From Malacoraja senta (lineage: Eukaryota): a DNA stretch of 64,000 nucleotides. Position numbers and translations under genes: made by a program. This document shows positions 1 through 12,744 of the stretch, piece after piece. Under the pieces are notes generated by a model. The model was not told the origin of the DNA, searched no databases, and worked only from the letters and a program-made list of their open reading frames with translations. The stretch is from positions 62,001 to 126,000 of the forward strand of contig JAXLNO010000264.1 of assembly GCA_038087875.1 (NCBI GenBank). Reading direction: 5' to 3'. The first letter of the stretch is position 1. Every line of letters begins with the position of its first letter.

Positions 1-12
1 GACGCGGGCTGT

Positions 13-63
13 GAAGAGAGAAGGGCAGAGAGAGAGAGAGAGAGAGCGGGGAGAGACAGAGAG
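13..63 (+). repeat. (GA)n-rich simple repeat
   Basis: Imperfect gagagaga run visible directly. Confidence 0.85.
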
Positions 64-67
64 ACTG

Positions 68-290
68 GTACACAAAAAAAAGCTTGAGAAACACAGCGGG
101 TGCAGCAGCATCTATGGAGCGAAGGAAATAGGCAACGCTTTGTGCCGAAGCCCATCCTCAGATGGGTTTTCTTTCGAAACGTTGCCTATTTCCTTCGATC
201 CATAGATGATGCTGCACCCACTGAGGTTATACAGCTTTTTTTTGTGTATCTTCGATTTTCCAGCATGTGCAGTTCCGTCTTAAAGACAGA
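68..290. mobile_element. Penelope-like-element-derived short repeat (inverted halves)
   Basis: cagcgggtgcagcagcatctatgga... followed by its inverse ...tccatagatgatgctgcacccactgag; same family as many other copies in the window. Confidence 0.5.
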
Positions 291-384
291 TAGACTGTTG
301 GCGGGCTGTTTTCCCAACGCGCGTTTGCGGGAAGGAGGGGGGCTGCGGCATCACACTCACACTAACCACCCCCCAAACACAGGC

Positions 385-890
385 GGGGAGAGGAAGACGG
401 GGTGGGGAGAGAAAAGGGGAGAGGGAGACGGGGTGGGGAGAGAAGAGGGGAGAGGGAGGGAGGGGAGAGGGGGAGGAGAAAAGGGGAGAGATTGGTGAGG
501 GAGAAGAGAGCAGGGTGGGGGAGAGGGAGGGGGAGGAGAGTGGGGAGTGGTAGGAGAGTGGGGAGGGCAGGAAGGGGGGAGAGGGGGGGAGGGGATGTTA
601 GAGGTGGAGAGAGGTGATGAGGGGAAGGGGAGAGGAGTAGGGGAAGAGAGGAAGAGAGGGAGAGAGGGAGGGTGGAGGGAGAGAGGTGGGGGAGGGAGAG
701 GGAAAGAGTGGGGAGTGAGGGGCAGAGGGGTAGCGGGGAGTGGTGCAAGAGAGAGGGGAAGGGGGTGGGGGGGAGATGGGGATGAAGAGGGGTGGTGGAG
801 GGGGAAGAGAGGGTGTGGGAGGGGAGGGAGGGGGAGAGGAGAGAGGGGGATGAGAGGGGAGGGAAAGTGGAAGTAGGAGGGGTAGGGACA
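385..890 (+). repeat. Purine (G/A)-rich low-complexity tract
   Basis: About 500 bp of almost only G and A with many GGG/GGGG runs; explains the spurious Pro- and Gly-rich ORFs. Confidence 0.9.
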
Positions 891-1039
891 GTCCATCTGT
901 TCCCCATTCCCTATCACCCCCAATCCTCTTTCTCTATTCCCACACACATGACGACGCCCTTCGACACAGGCTGCGGGGGTGGGGGGAGGGGCTGGGGCTG
1001 TGGCTGCTGGAAAGGCATATGTAAATTGATCCATTCCGA

Positions 1040-1350
1040 TTGGACATCTGTGAGCATCGGGCATTGTGACATCACACAACGGAATCTTTACTAACATTCT
1101 ATGGCTGAGAGCTGTTTTTTTAAAACATTTTGAAATGTTTGGGAGGGGGGGAGAAGTATTTTATTTAAAAAAGTGTACATAAACACGACCAAATTTAATC
1201 AGGTGTGTCTATTTGTAAAGATAAATGTAATCTGTTTAGAAATGGGTAAAAATATCGGCGTTTCCGCGTGCTGTGTGGGCCTAGGGCTGTATCAAAGGGG
1301 ATTTGTGACACAAGTCAGGCGGATGGCAGCCACAGAGTTTTAATATAATA
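1040..1350 (-). mobile_element. Non-autonomous Helitron, 5' part (far boundary unclear)
   Basis: About 1150-1350 is a near copy of 1690-1910, the 5' part of the adjacent Helitron; the cattgtgacatcac motif is shared with the 57151 copy. Confidence 0.55.
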
Positions 1351-1916
1351 CTAGACCAAGTGCAGACCCGTTGGGTCTGGACACCGAACATGCTTAAGAC
1401 CCCGGGGTGTGAGATCCCGAAAGTGCTTCAGACCCCGGGATGAAAATCATTAGCGGAAAAAAACCCAGAACATTTTCAGACCCCGGGGTGAAAATTCAGA
1501 ACGTGCTTCAGACCCCTGGACACTGAACGTGCTTCAGAACCCGGGGTTTTAGAGTCCGAACGTGATTCATACACAGGGTTGAAAATTGCTAGCGAAAAAA
1601 AGATGGCGTCATTTTCGGAGCAGAGGCGGTCGACAGCAGCCGTTATGGTGGTGACCAGCAGGAGGAGACATAATGAGTGAGTGGGGGGGGGGGTGATGTA
1701 TTTTATTAAAAAATGTGTACATAAACAGGAAGAAATTTAATCAGGAGTGTCTATTCGTAAAGATAAATGTAATCTCTTTAGAAATGGTATAAAATATCGG
1801 CGTTTCCGCGTGCTGTGTGGGCCTAGGGCGGTATCAAAGGGGATTTGTGACAAGTCAGGCGGATGGCAGCCAGAAGTCAGGCGGATGGCAGCCAGAGAGT
1901 TTTAATATAATATAGA
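1351..1916 (-). mobile_element. Non-autonomous Helitron
   Basis: Minus strand reads A|TCTATA at the 5' end (1916) and ends CAGACCC-AAC-GGGTCTG hairpin, 8 nt, CTAG|T (1351-1354). No TSD. Internal gaacgtgcttcagacccc repeats. Confidence 0.75.
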
Positions 1917-1961
1917 TATAGATAGATAGATATTATGATAGATAGATAGATAGATAGATAT

Positions 1962-2049
<88 letters not shown>
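1912..2049 (+). repeat. (GATA)n microsatellite
   Basis: Long tagatagata run. Confidence 0.97.
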
Positions 2050-2724
2050 GATATGATTGAATCAAAATCATGAATTATAAATTCACATTTCAAAAATGGT
2101 TTCACAATTCCATGGTACTGATTTTCAGTATTCCATATTGATATTTGAGAATACATGAGGTTGCATGCAAAATACTGATTTTCAAAAATCCAGTTTCTGT
2201 GTTGTACGTTCTATTGTATTTATGTGAGAAATACCAATTTCCCCAACAAAATGCTGATTTTCAGCCAAAATACGGAAATGCTCGGTGAAACTTGGCAGCT
2301 CTGTAATTATTCACAATCACATTGTGTTTTAGAATTCAAAATGTGATTTGTGATCTTGTTTATGAGTCATCTTGGAAGTAGAATTTGTTACAATAGTATG
2401 ACAGTAAAATAGGTTAGTTTGAAAGCGATCATAGTAATGTAAATGCACCATTTAGTTTGACTTCAATTTTCATGATGGAAATTGAAGTCGAACTAAATGT
2501 TGTATTCCATGTTGAAATTGATGTAATGTGAAGTTGTTAGGTCAGGAGGACATTAAATGTGCACTGCACAAATTAACACAGTCTAACAGTAACAGGCAAT
2601 CAAATCAACGCACAAAACATTTTCTAAAAAAGTTTTCTTTACTGCAAAAACGTAATATTTTATTTGCAGTTTTTGAATGCTCCTTTATAACATTTTACAT
2701 AACATTTTACAACAGTACAACCTG

Positions 2725-4110
2725 AAACTCAGGTTTCAGGGCTCACCACAGCACAGAGTCTGCCTTGTTGAAGGTACATAATGACCTACTGCTCACCATT
2801 GACTCCGGCGACTGTGCAATCCTGCTCCTTCTTGACCTCAGCGCAGCATTTGATACCGTCGACCACACCATCCTAATTGACCGTCTCCGGTACGGGGTTG
2901 GTGTTGATGGCACTGCCCTGAGCTGGTTCATCTCCTACCTCAAAGGTAGGAGTTTCTCGACTAACATAGTCAACTCTTTCTGCTCCCCAGCTAATCTCTG
3001 CTGTGGGGTTCCACAAGGTTCCATCCTTGGCCCCATTCTCTTCTCCCTGTATATGCTCCCCTTAGGCCAAGTCATTGAAAGGCACGGCATTTCGTTCTCC
3101 ATTGCTACGCAGACGATACACAACTCTATCTTCCCCTGAAGCCCAAAAACCAATCAAATCTGCTTAATCTTACACGCTGCCTCGAGGATATAAAGTGCTG
3201 GATGGCCCAGAACTTCCTCCAACTAAACAAGAGTAAGTCTGAGGTCATCCTTCTCGGCCCCTCAGACTCAATCAAAATGATAGCAGGCAGCCTTGGAAGC
3301 CTTACCCCACTACTCAAACCTCACGTCAAAACCTTGGCGTGATATTTGACTCAGCACTGAAATTTGACAAACAAGTCAATGCCGTGGTAAAAGCTAGCTT
3401 CTTTCAGCTTCGGACCATAGCTAAAATAAAACAATTCCTACACTTTGATGACCTCGAAAAGATCATCCACACATTTATCTCCTCCCGCCTAGATTACTGC
3501 AACTCCCTTTACACTGGCATGAGCGGGACAGGGACGAGGGACAAGCATCCCTCGTCCCTGTCCCGCCTGCAACTGGTCCAAAACCCCGCAGCGAGACTCC
3601 TGACGGGCACCCGAAAAAGGGACCACATCACCCCGATCCTGGCCTCTCTCCACTGGCTCCCTGTGCGGTTCCGTATACATTTCAAGATCCTCCTCTATGT
3701 CTACAAAGCCCTCAATGGGCTTGCCCCCACCTACATTAAAAGTCTTCTGACCCACCACTCCACCTCCAGGTCCCTCAGATCGGCCGACTTGGGGTTGCTG
3801 AATATCCCGCGGTCTAGGCATAAGCTCAGGGGCGACCGCGCCTTTGCGGTTGCAGCTCCTAGACTGTGGAACAGCATCCCCCTTCCCATCAGAACTGCCC
3901 CCTCCATCGACTCCTTTAAGTCAAGACTAAAAACGTATCTATACTCCCAAGCCTTTCTTGACGTCCTCTGAGCGGGGGCTATATGTATATATGTATGTAG
4001 TTTATTTGTTTATATTATTCTTATAACAAATGTAAAGCACTTTGGCCAACGAGAGTTGTTTTTTAAATGTGCTATATAAATAAATGTGCCTTGACTTGCC
4101 TGTGACTTGA
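2725..4110 (+). mobile_element. 5'-truncated L2-clade LINE, frameshifted RT
   Basis: LLLLDLSAAFDTVDH, GVPQGSILGPILF, YADD in a shifted frame, SRLDYCNSL, HITPILASLHWLPV, GDRAFAVAAPRLWNS; L2-type 3' end tgtaaagcactttg...gctatataaataaa then a gactt-type tail. Confidence 0.92.
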
Positions 4111-4974
4111 TTATTAAAACAAGGACAACTTTACTTCTTGATTTTAAAATAATGTATACAACAATGACCCCAATCATCCCATTCCACCCACTCATTACTC
4201 TTGACTCAACCAAATTATTTCTGAAATATTGGTCATAAATTTGGTGCAAAAATGCTCCAAAAATAAGGTTCAGAATGCACCAGAGAGCATCTAAAACCCC
4301 AGAGCTTCCAGGGCCCGTAACGTTATTTACGTAAATTCTTTGTAATCCTGTCATGCCACCCCCCTTTTTGACAAGCTTCGTACTGGCCTGGATGCTGAGG
4401 GCTGGTAGTTGAGGGCTTGAGGGTTGATTGGAGACGGTATGATTATTCAGGGCTGGTAATTGAGGCCTTATGGATTGATGGGTGAGTTACTTGTCGGAGG
4501 CTGAGCTAATCTACAATGGAACAACGCAAGACAAAGTATCTTGAGGTTCCCAACCTAAAATATCGCCTAACCATGTCCTCCAGAGATGTCGCCTCCTGTT
4601 CCTACAGCACTTTGTGTTCTGCACAAGATTCCGGCATCTGCAGTTCTTTGTGTCTCCAGACTGATCCGTGCTGGTCTCAACCCCTCTTCCGCATTGTCCT
4701 TTGACCGTTCAAAGTTTTCACCTAATCCCTTGTTAAATCCCTTCGAGGATACAGCCTCCAGAAACCTCTGGGGTCGAGAACAATGGAGACTCATCACCAA
4801 AGGACATGTCTACCTTTTACCCACGTCTAAGTATGCCACTAGATGGGGTTATAAAGAAGAGTTTTAATGGCTTCCCTGCTCTATTGCAAATGGGCACCTC
4901 AAACCAGAAGTTGGATCCATTAGTACCCTTTTCCTATGCACAAGTTCATAAAAAATTGCTCTCACTGCTACATT

Positions 4975-5310
4975 ACACAGGAAGTACAAAAGCCTTAAGT
5001 CAAACACCACCAGGTTCAGGAACAGCTACTTTCCTACAACCATCAGGTTTTTGAACTGACCTACACAATCCTAATCCTACCTCGACAACGGAAAAGTACA
5101 AACCTCGTTTGCCCTCTCCATATTTTTTTGCAGACATTTTTCTTTATGGTGTCTTACAGAACTTACGTGTAATGTATGTGAAATTATGTATAATTTATGT
5201 TTTTGTTTGTTTGTGTCTATGTGGCTTTGATGCTGCCACAAGCATAGTTGTAATTGTACCTGTACCTCACCGAACCAGTGAATCTGAAAATACACGACTT
5301 GACTTGAAGC
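4975..5310 (+). mobile_element. Rex1/Babar-type LINE 3' fragment
   Basis: accaccaggttcaggaacagctactttcctacaaccatcagg (TTRFRNSYFPTTIR) matches the Rex1-like C-terminus at 39030-39075; gactt tail. Confidence 0.55.
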
Positions 5311-5459
5311 ATTGTGAGATCATAACTGGTGTAGATTAGATCAGCAGTCATTTCTGGATGAGGTCACACTCATCATGAAGGTGGGCGGGCCAGTACCAGT
5401 CATGCAGGCAACCTGATGCTTGTCTGGCATCAGACACACAACTGATGATTTCAGCACTC

Positions 5460-5935
5460 ATGCAATAGATATATGCAGCATGGAAAAAGGCCCTTTGGCC
5501 CAACATGTCCATACCAACTAAGATTCCCTTTATAAGCTGGTCTCATTTGCCAGCAGATGGCCCATATTCCTCTAAACCTTTCCTATCCATCACTAATGCC
5601 ACCTCAGCAATTGCTGGATAGTCATAGTCATACAGAAGGAAAATAGGACCTTTGCCCAACTTGCCCATACCAACCAAGATGCCCATCTACAATAGTCCCA
5701 CCTGCCCGCATTTGCCATCTCCCTCGAAACTTTTCTTGTGTATAAACCTGTCCAAATATATTTTAAATGTTGTTATAGTACTTGCCTTAACTACCCTCTC
5801 TGGCATCACGTTCCATATACCCACCATCCTCTGTGTGAAAAAGTTGCCCCTCAGGTTCCTATTAAATCTTTCCCTTCTCACCTTAAACCTATGTGCTCTG
5901 GTTATTCATTCCCCTACTCTGGGTAAAAGACTCTG
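5460..5935 (-). mobile_element. CR1 (HER1-like) 3' fragments
   Basis: Minus ORF ERFNRNLRGNFFTQRMVGIWNVMPERVV is the CR1 ORF2 C-terminus. Confidence 0.8.
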
Positions 5936-6479
5936 GATACTGTAGAACTCTGGAGTGGGGACAAGTTGTTTAGTCCTTCCTTAAAGGGCAAAGTCTTTTT
6001 TGCCATCAAATTTAGTCAAAGCCTATTGGTATTAGAGGTTCAAACTCAGTCTACATCAAAACACAAAATGCTGGAGGAACTCAGTGGGCCAGGCAACATC
6101 TGTGGAGGGAATGGACAGGCAACATTTCGAGTCAGAACCCATTTGATGTCTGGAAACATCACCTATCTAATTCCCTCGACAGATGCTGCCTGATCTGCTG
6201 AATTCCTCCAGATATATTCCCTGATTCTGTGATATCAAATGTTGAAACAAATTCTCTGTATTTTGGGGATAGCAATGCTTTGCTTACAAACAAAATACAA
6301 GTTATCTCCACTCTGTACACTCATTGAAGTTTGGAACCTTAGAACTGCTGTGCTGCCTTGAAGGTGGGAAGTCAGCGTTATCGTCACAACTACTGGCAAT
6401 AATGCAGGCAGCTGGCACTAACGCAGAGGAAGCTTGGTGGCATGGTAGTAGCGTTGCTGCCTTACAGCACCAGACACCA

Positions 6480-7030
6480 AGGTCCCCACTACCCTCTCCG
6501 TAGAAAACTTGCCCCGCACATCTCCTTTAAACTGCTCCTCTCACCTTAAAGCTATGCCTTCTTGACTTTGCCGTTTTCAACCTGGGAAAAAGGCTTGGAC
6601 TGTCTTCCCTCTCTATGCCTCTCATAATTGTATATACTTCTGTCAGGTCTCCTCTCAACCTCCAGCATATCTGACTGAAACTCTGCCCTTGTTTTCCAGG
6701 AGCAAACTGACCTGTCAGGCATGCAGCAAACCAGAGCATAGAATATACAGTAGAACAGGTCAGCACAGGAACAGGGCCCTTCATCCCACTATGTCTGTGT
6801 CAAACATGGTGCCAGGTATTCTGCCTACACATAATTCATATCCCTCCATTCCCTGCATATCCACGTTTCTATCTAAAGGCATCTTAAATACACCTAATGT
6901 GTCTGCCTCCACCACCAATCCTGGCAATGTGCTCTAGGCACCCACCACAGTCTGTGTAAAAGAAAACTTGCCTCACACATCTCCTTTAAACTTTCCACCC
7001 CACACCTTGAAGCTATCTATGCCATCTAGT
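6480..7030 (-). mobile_element. CR1 (HER1-like) 3' fragments
   Basis: Minus ORF LRGDLTEVYTIMRGIER...SRRHSFKVRG. Confidence 0.75.
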
Positions 7031-7729
7031 CTTGTGTACCACACATCCTGTGGATAGTGGCTAGTAGCAGGTTTTCAGAACCTACACCAGCAACAGGTTT
7101 TCAGCCTTTTGCCCATGCAGAACAATTTTGAAAATGTTCTCTGCTCAATTTTCTCTGGCCAGGCGGAGCTAATATTTAACAGCAGCAAGAAGGAAAGCCT
7201 GTCTCTCGGGATCTCTGGGAATTCTGTTCTCTGTTCATTTTGTGTATTTCCTTGGTAAAACAGCATCAGCAGTTCCTTGTTTCTTCATTGACATTTTTAA
7301 ACCGTGATGCTTATAATGAATGATGGGATAACTGGAACTACAGATGGGATTACTCAGTGAAACCCAACATTGTGAGTCAACTGACAATACAGTAACCCCT
7401 CATTTTAACGGATCTCTTTATAACAGATTTTGGTTCTAGCGGGTGGACCTACCCACTTCCACAGCCAGGCCGGGCTGGCGCGCCACCCCTAGCCCACATT
7501 CCACCCCAGGCCGCATCCAAACCAGAGCTACTGCCGCCACTGCCAACCCACACGGCTTATTCGGCCGCTTCCAGGCCACGCCCGCTGTCACCGCCACCAC
7601 TGCCGACCCTTACCTAAACTCCGGCCGCCTGCGGGCCATGACCAATGACTCTGCTGATCCTCACCTTTCCCCCAGCCACCAGCAGGCTAGGGGCCGTCAA
7701 CTCACCTGGATTCCAGGCCCAGTTCTTTA

Positions 7730-7985
7730 CCCTGAGTCTGAAGAAGGGTCACAACCCAAACGTCATTAATCCATGTTCTCCAAAGATGCTGCCTGACCTG
7801 CTGAATTACTCTAGCATTTTGTGTATTTTTGTGTTTTACCCAGCAACTGCAGTTGTTTGTTTCTACTACTTGTACAATGATAATCCCTTAGGTAGACACA
7901 AAATGCTGGAGTAACTCAGCAGGACAGGCAGCATCTCTGGAGAGAAGGAATGGGTGACGTTTCGGGTCGAGACCCTTCTTCAGAT
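7730..7985. mobile_element. Two Penelope-derived short repeats with hammerhead-like core
   Basis: Degenerate ctgaagaagggtcacaacccaaacgtc (+) and intact ctgaagaagggtctcgacccgaaacgtc (-, 7956-7983). Confidence 0.65.
7956..7983 (-). ncRNA. Minimal type-I hammerhead-ribozyme-like motif (PLE-associated)
   Basis: CUGAAGA-A-GGGUC(UC)GACCC-GAAA-CGUC; stem II complementary, palindromic ACGU stem III. Confidence 0.5.
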
Positions 7986-10789
7986 AATCCCTTACTCGGT
8001 TACAGCAGACAATCGGCATTAACACACACCATTCTCCCCCCTGTGGGCCATTTTAACAACGGTTTACTGGTTTATCAAATCAAGACCAGCAAGAAACCAA
8101 AATGTTGGCAGTGCAGATTACAATCCAGTAGAAACCTTACCCCTAAATATGCTTAATGGAACAAGTGGGGAAAATTGAGGAGGTTTATTGCATACAAATG
8201 ACGCACACAACTAGGAATATTTGCAAACAAATCTCCCACACTGTCTCAAACCACATTGCTCAAACTCGAGAAAATAGATACCAAGACAAGATATGAACAA
8301 TCTACGATGTAAACAAAACCCACAAGGAAGTTCACACAAACCAAGTAATACAGTGAGATGAACAAAACGTAAGACCATCATATGGACTTTACAGCCCACG
8401 GCATAATATAAATAAACATTGTCTGGACGTTATAAACCTCAGAAACACGCACCTTCTGTACTGGTGCTTAAATGTAAGCATGGCAATACAAAACTGACTT
8501 GTTTAGTAGCATCACAAATAAATAACAAGTGTATGGTGATGCGTCAGCTACCACAGTGTTGCCTGCACCGTTTCTAATGACAGAAATATCCTTCAGTTTG
8601 TACATGAACTAATGTTGGGTTTTTGGATATTGTTGTATGTATTAAGGACAGAGTTTGAAGTTAGATGAATTCATCCAGTAAGATTCACCAGCTAAGAACT
8701 TTTCCTGCTGTTGGACATGCAACATATATCGTCTGAATAGCATTAGTTTTATTATTTTTACATTTACTCAGGAACAGTGAAAAGTTATATTTTGCACCAA
8801 AAGCTATATTTTGCGTGCAATCCAAACAGATCAGATATATTAGACATAAACACAATGGAGTCAAACTCAAGTACAATAGTAAAGTATAGGGGTAGATACA
8901 GATACAGCTTCTTCCCCTCTGTTATCAGACTTCCACAAGCTGGGGTACAGTTTGATTTACCAAATAAAGCTCTCTGTGGACAATGGACTTTTTCTCAGGA
9001 ACTGTTACGCTACAATGCTGAGAAACTATATTTTGCACGCTGATATTTTTCTCTTCGCTTTATCTGTTGTACATATGCATGACTGTAAGTGTATTACATG
9101 TATGGTATATCTGGTCTGATTTGATTGGATGGCACACAACCAAATGCTTTTCACTGTATCTCGGTACTTGTGACCATAATAAATCATTACCAAATATAAT
9201 TTGCAATTCAGGCATGAGACCAGTTAACTGCCCAACATCAACTAGTGTTCATTTACTTGGTACAACCTTCAGTTTCCAATTACAGAATTATTATCCTATC
9301 TTTAACTTGCACCCATCTTTTGGTGCAATCTCTATCCCTTTGCTTCCTTTGGTGAACATGAAGTATCAATACGATTAAAATCAGGTTCTCTATATGAGCA
9401 TTTATTCTTGTGTCCTTAAAAGGACGTACTTGTTTCACTCAAGGCAGGAGTCACCGAGATTTGAACACTTGAAAAAGAGAACTAACAAGGAATCATAATT
9501 TAGAATAATACTTAGTTTAATTTATTTATTGTCATATGTCAGAGATACAGTGAGAGGCCTATTCTGCATGCTGTCCAGTTAAACCATGTTTTCTCTTCTC
9601 GTTTGCTTTTATCCTATCTATCATCTTTTTTGTCGGCCACAGTGGTCTCATCCACCACGGGGAGTCCAAACCGAGAGGGCATACCTTTCTGTCTCAATGG
9701 GTCCGAAGAATTGTCCCGAACCAAATTGTCTGTCCATTCCCACCACAGATGCTGCCTGACCCGCTGACTTCCTCCAACATTTAATTAAAAATGATGAGGA
9801 AATTATTGCTTTGCTGTTTATGGAAGCATGCTGTGTACAAAGTAAATGATGAGTTTCTTACATCCACAGGGATTATATTTCAAGTGTAGTTCATTGGACT
9901 TAGAACATTCAGAATGCAATGTGAAGGGTGTTTTACAAATATTTTTGATACAATTTACTTAGATTGCAGTAAACGAGGCATAACTTTTTGCGGTAAATTT
10001 AATTTATGCATATTGCAAGTTTATAGCAACTTCACACCACTGAATGCACATCAATGGCCAGGAAAATAACAAGACACTGCTTGAGCAAAGCTAACAGCAG
10101 AATGGCTTGTCTTGAGTTTAACTGTCTAGCTGCCCCTTCCCTGAAGTCACTGTATCTTCTGCAAATAAACAAAAGCAAACTTTGTTAACCCTGCATCTAT
10201 TTATACAGATTTACAGTGACCGAAATTTAGGAAAAAAATAATAAGTTAAGAATTTACCAGGTGCTTTGATAGATTCAGTAACTGGAAGACTGGGGCAAAC
10301 AGGAGAGTGTGAGGTGATCCATTCTTTATTCAAGCAAGATCACTGGAATATTGTCTGAATGGGTCAATATTGTCAGGAATGAGGGACGAGATATGGGATT
10401 AAATGTCTTGCTGTATAAATCACTGAAAGCTGGTGCACAGTGCCCCCAAAAAATATTAAATATCCAATAGAAAGTTGTAAACAGAGTAATATAGCACAGA
10501 AACAGGCCCTTCGGCCCAACTCATCCATGCCAACCACGATGCCCATCTAGTTTAGTCCCATTGTTCTTAGGCACAATAATAATTCCGATAGTTTTGTAAT
10601 GATCATTTTGACAATTCTTTGGCATGATGATTCTGTGATGATCCATCATATACTTTATTGAGGTAAGGGGCAAGAATTCGATCCAAACTGTACAGAACCA
10701 ATGTCACACTCAATTCACAATCCATTTGAAGTCAGCAAGAGCACCATGGCAATGGAAAGACTGGAGAGAAGGCCCACTGTGATCGTACT

Positions 10790-11106
10790 TTAGTTTAATT
10801 TAGAGATACAGTGTGGAAATAGGCCCTTTGGCCCACCGGTTCCGCGCCAACCAGCGATCACCATGTATACTAGCACTATCCTACACACTAGGGACAATTT
10901 ACAAAAGCCAATTAACCTACAAACCTGTACATGTTTGGAGTGTGGGAGGAAACGTCTTTGGAATGTGGGAGGAAACTGGAGCACACGGAGAAAACTCACA
11001 CTATCACAGGGAGAACATACAAACTCCGTACAGACAGCACCCATAGTCAGGATTGAATTGGAATCTCTGGCACTGTAAGGCAGCGACTTTACCGCTGCTC
11101 CATTGT
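10790..11106 (-). mobile_element. HE1-type V-SINE
   Basis: tRNA-like head, central gtttgtatgttctccctgtga..., CR1-derived tail ending tatctctaaattaaactaaa on the minus strand. Confidence 0.85.
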
Positions 11107-11221
11107 ACCTTCAATGACTTGAACTCTGGTCTAAATTGTCAAGTTGTGGGAACCTTTGCAAAGCTTAGGTTACATTTCCTTGAGTTTAAAAGACAACATT
11201 ATAATTCAATCAGGGGGCCTC

Positions 11222-11640
11222 TGTGCTAAAACTTGAATGGTTTTCTCTCGAACGCCAGAGGTTGAGGGAAGGCCTGATAGAAGTATATAAGATCATGAGA
11301 GGCATAGATAAGGTAGACCATCAGTACCTTTTACCCAGGGAAGAAATGTTAAAGAATAGAGGGCATAGCTTTAAGGCGAGAGGGAAAAAAATAAAGGAGG
11401 TGTACAGGGCAAGTTTTTGTACAGAAGATTTTGGGTGCCTGGAACGCGGTGCCAGGGGTGGTGATGGAGGCAGATTTAAGTGGCATTTAAGATGCTTTTT
11501 GATAGGCACTTTGATATACAGGGAATGGAGGGAAATGTATCACGAGGCAGATGAGATTAGTTTAACGTGGCATCGTGTATGGCATAGACATTGTGGGCTG
11601 AAGGGGCTGCTGCCGAGCTGTACTGTTCTATGTTCTGTGT
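11222..11640 (+). mobile_element. CR1 3' fragment
   Basis: FSLERQRLREGLIEVYKIMRGIDKVD; ttctatgttct tail. Confidence 0.85.
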
Positions 11641-12744
11641 TCTTAATTGGGAACCAACCGTAGCTTAATGAGGCATCAAATTCTCTATGTGCTTCCTGGG
11701 TCCCGAGGTACTGAAAAGAAACGTCAGAGACTCAATATATTTGCTTTCAAAGTGATGGTATCAACTCAAAAACAGAAATAAGAATGTAACTTTTTCTGGG
11801 GTATATTGTATGGAAGAATTAATGCAATATTAGCACCAGACATCACTAATTTTACTTATTCCTAACTTGAGCAATGAACGTTTGCTATGCACTGTGATAT
11901 GGGTGGATCAAATTACCCTGTTAAGAAATGGAGTGTAATATTTAAGACATTTTAAACTGTACAGCTACATTATAAATAATATAAATAAACCTTGCAGAAT
12001 CTGTTCATAAACTTGATGCATTAATGTTGAAGTAATCCTCAACATAAATTTTACATTTGCAGCTCAAACCATTTATAACAGATAAAACATATTTTTCAGT
12101 TAAGACGAACATCACAAAAAAAACTATGAGGTTGAAGTTGTTTGGTGTTTTATTTTTATCCAAACACTATGTGTCTTGCAGTTTAATCACCGGGAAATGG
12201 GTGGTTTTACCAGCTACTGTCAAGAGTAAGGTGCAGTGGGCTTGTGGCCTGTGTGTTAAGATCTGGTCAGTCACAAAGGCAAACATGATAACAGGACTTT
12301 CCACTGTGCAACATGTTTTTAAACATTAGCAGGCATAAAACTAATGTGTGACAACATTAAGCTTCATTAGACACATCTAATTTTATTCTGCCACAACAGT
12401 CTCATCAAGTGTCAAATTAAATTATGACATTTTTGTGGTTGAGTAACTGCAGAGCTGCCAATTTTATTAAAGATATATTTTCATAAAATATAAATTTCTC
12501 GTTATTAAACTTGACGATACTTTTGGAGGTTTAAAAGTAAAATCAATGCTGCACACATGCTCCAGCCCTGGTTCTGTCCTTCCTTCCATCAAACCGAAGC
12601 TCACTCACATAAACCCCACTCACTCAACAGTATAAGATCAAGAACAGAGTTTCCATAGTTTCATGAGATTTGCTTCTTTTGGTTGTCTTTATGATCTGAG
12701 CACATATATTATGTTCTGTTTTGGTCACCCTGTTATAGGAAAGA

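Noticed and set aside
100..1097. Several long Pro-, Gly- or Arg-rich ORFs
   Set aside because: Products of the purine-rich low-complexity tract; no domain features.
1386..1575. Spaced gaacgtgcttcagacccc repeats, superficially CRISPR-like
   Set aside because: Irregular degenerate units inside a eukaryotic Helitron; no cas genes and no constant spacer length.
1877..2156. ORFs with (IYLS)n
   Set aside because: Translation of the GATA microsatellite.
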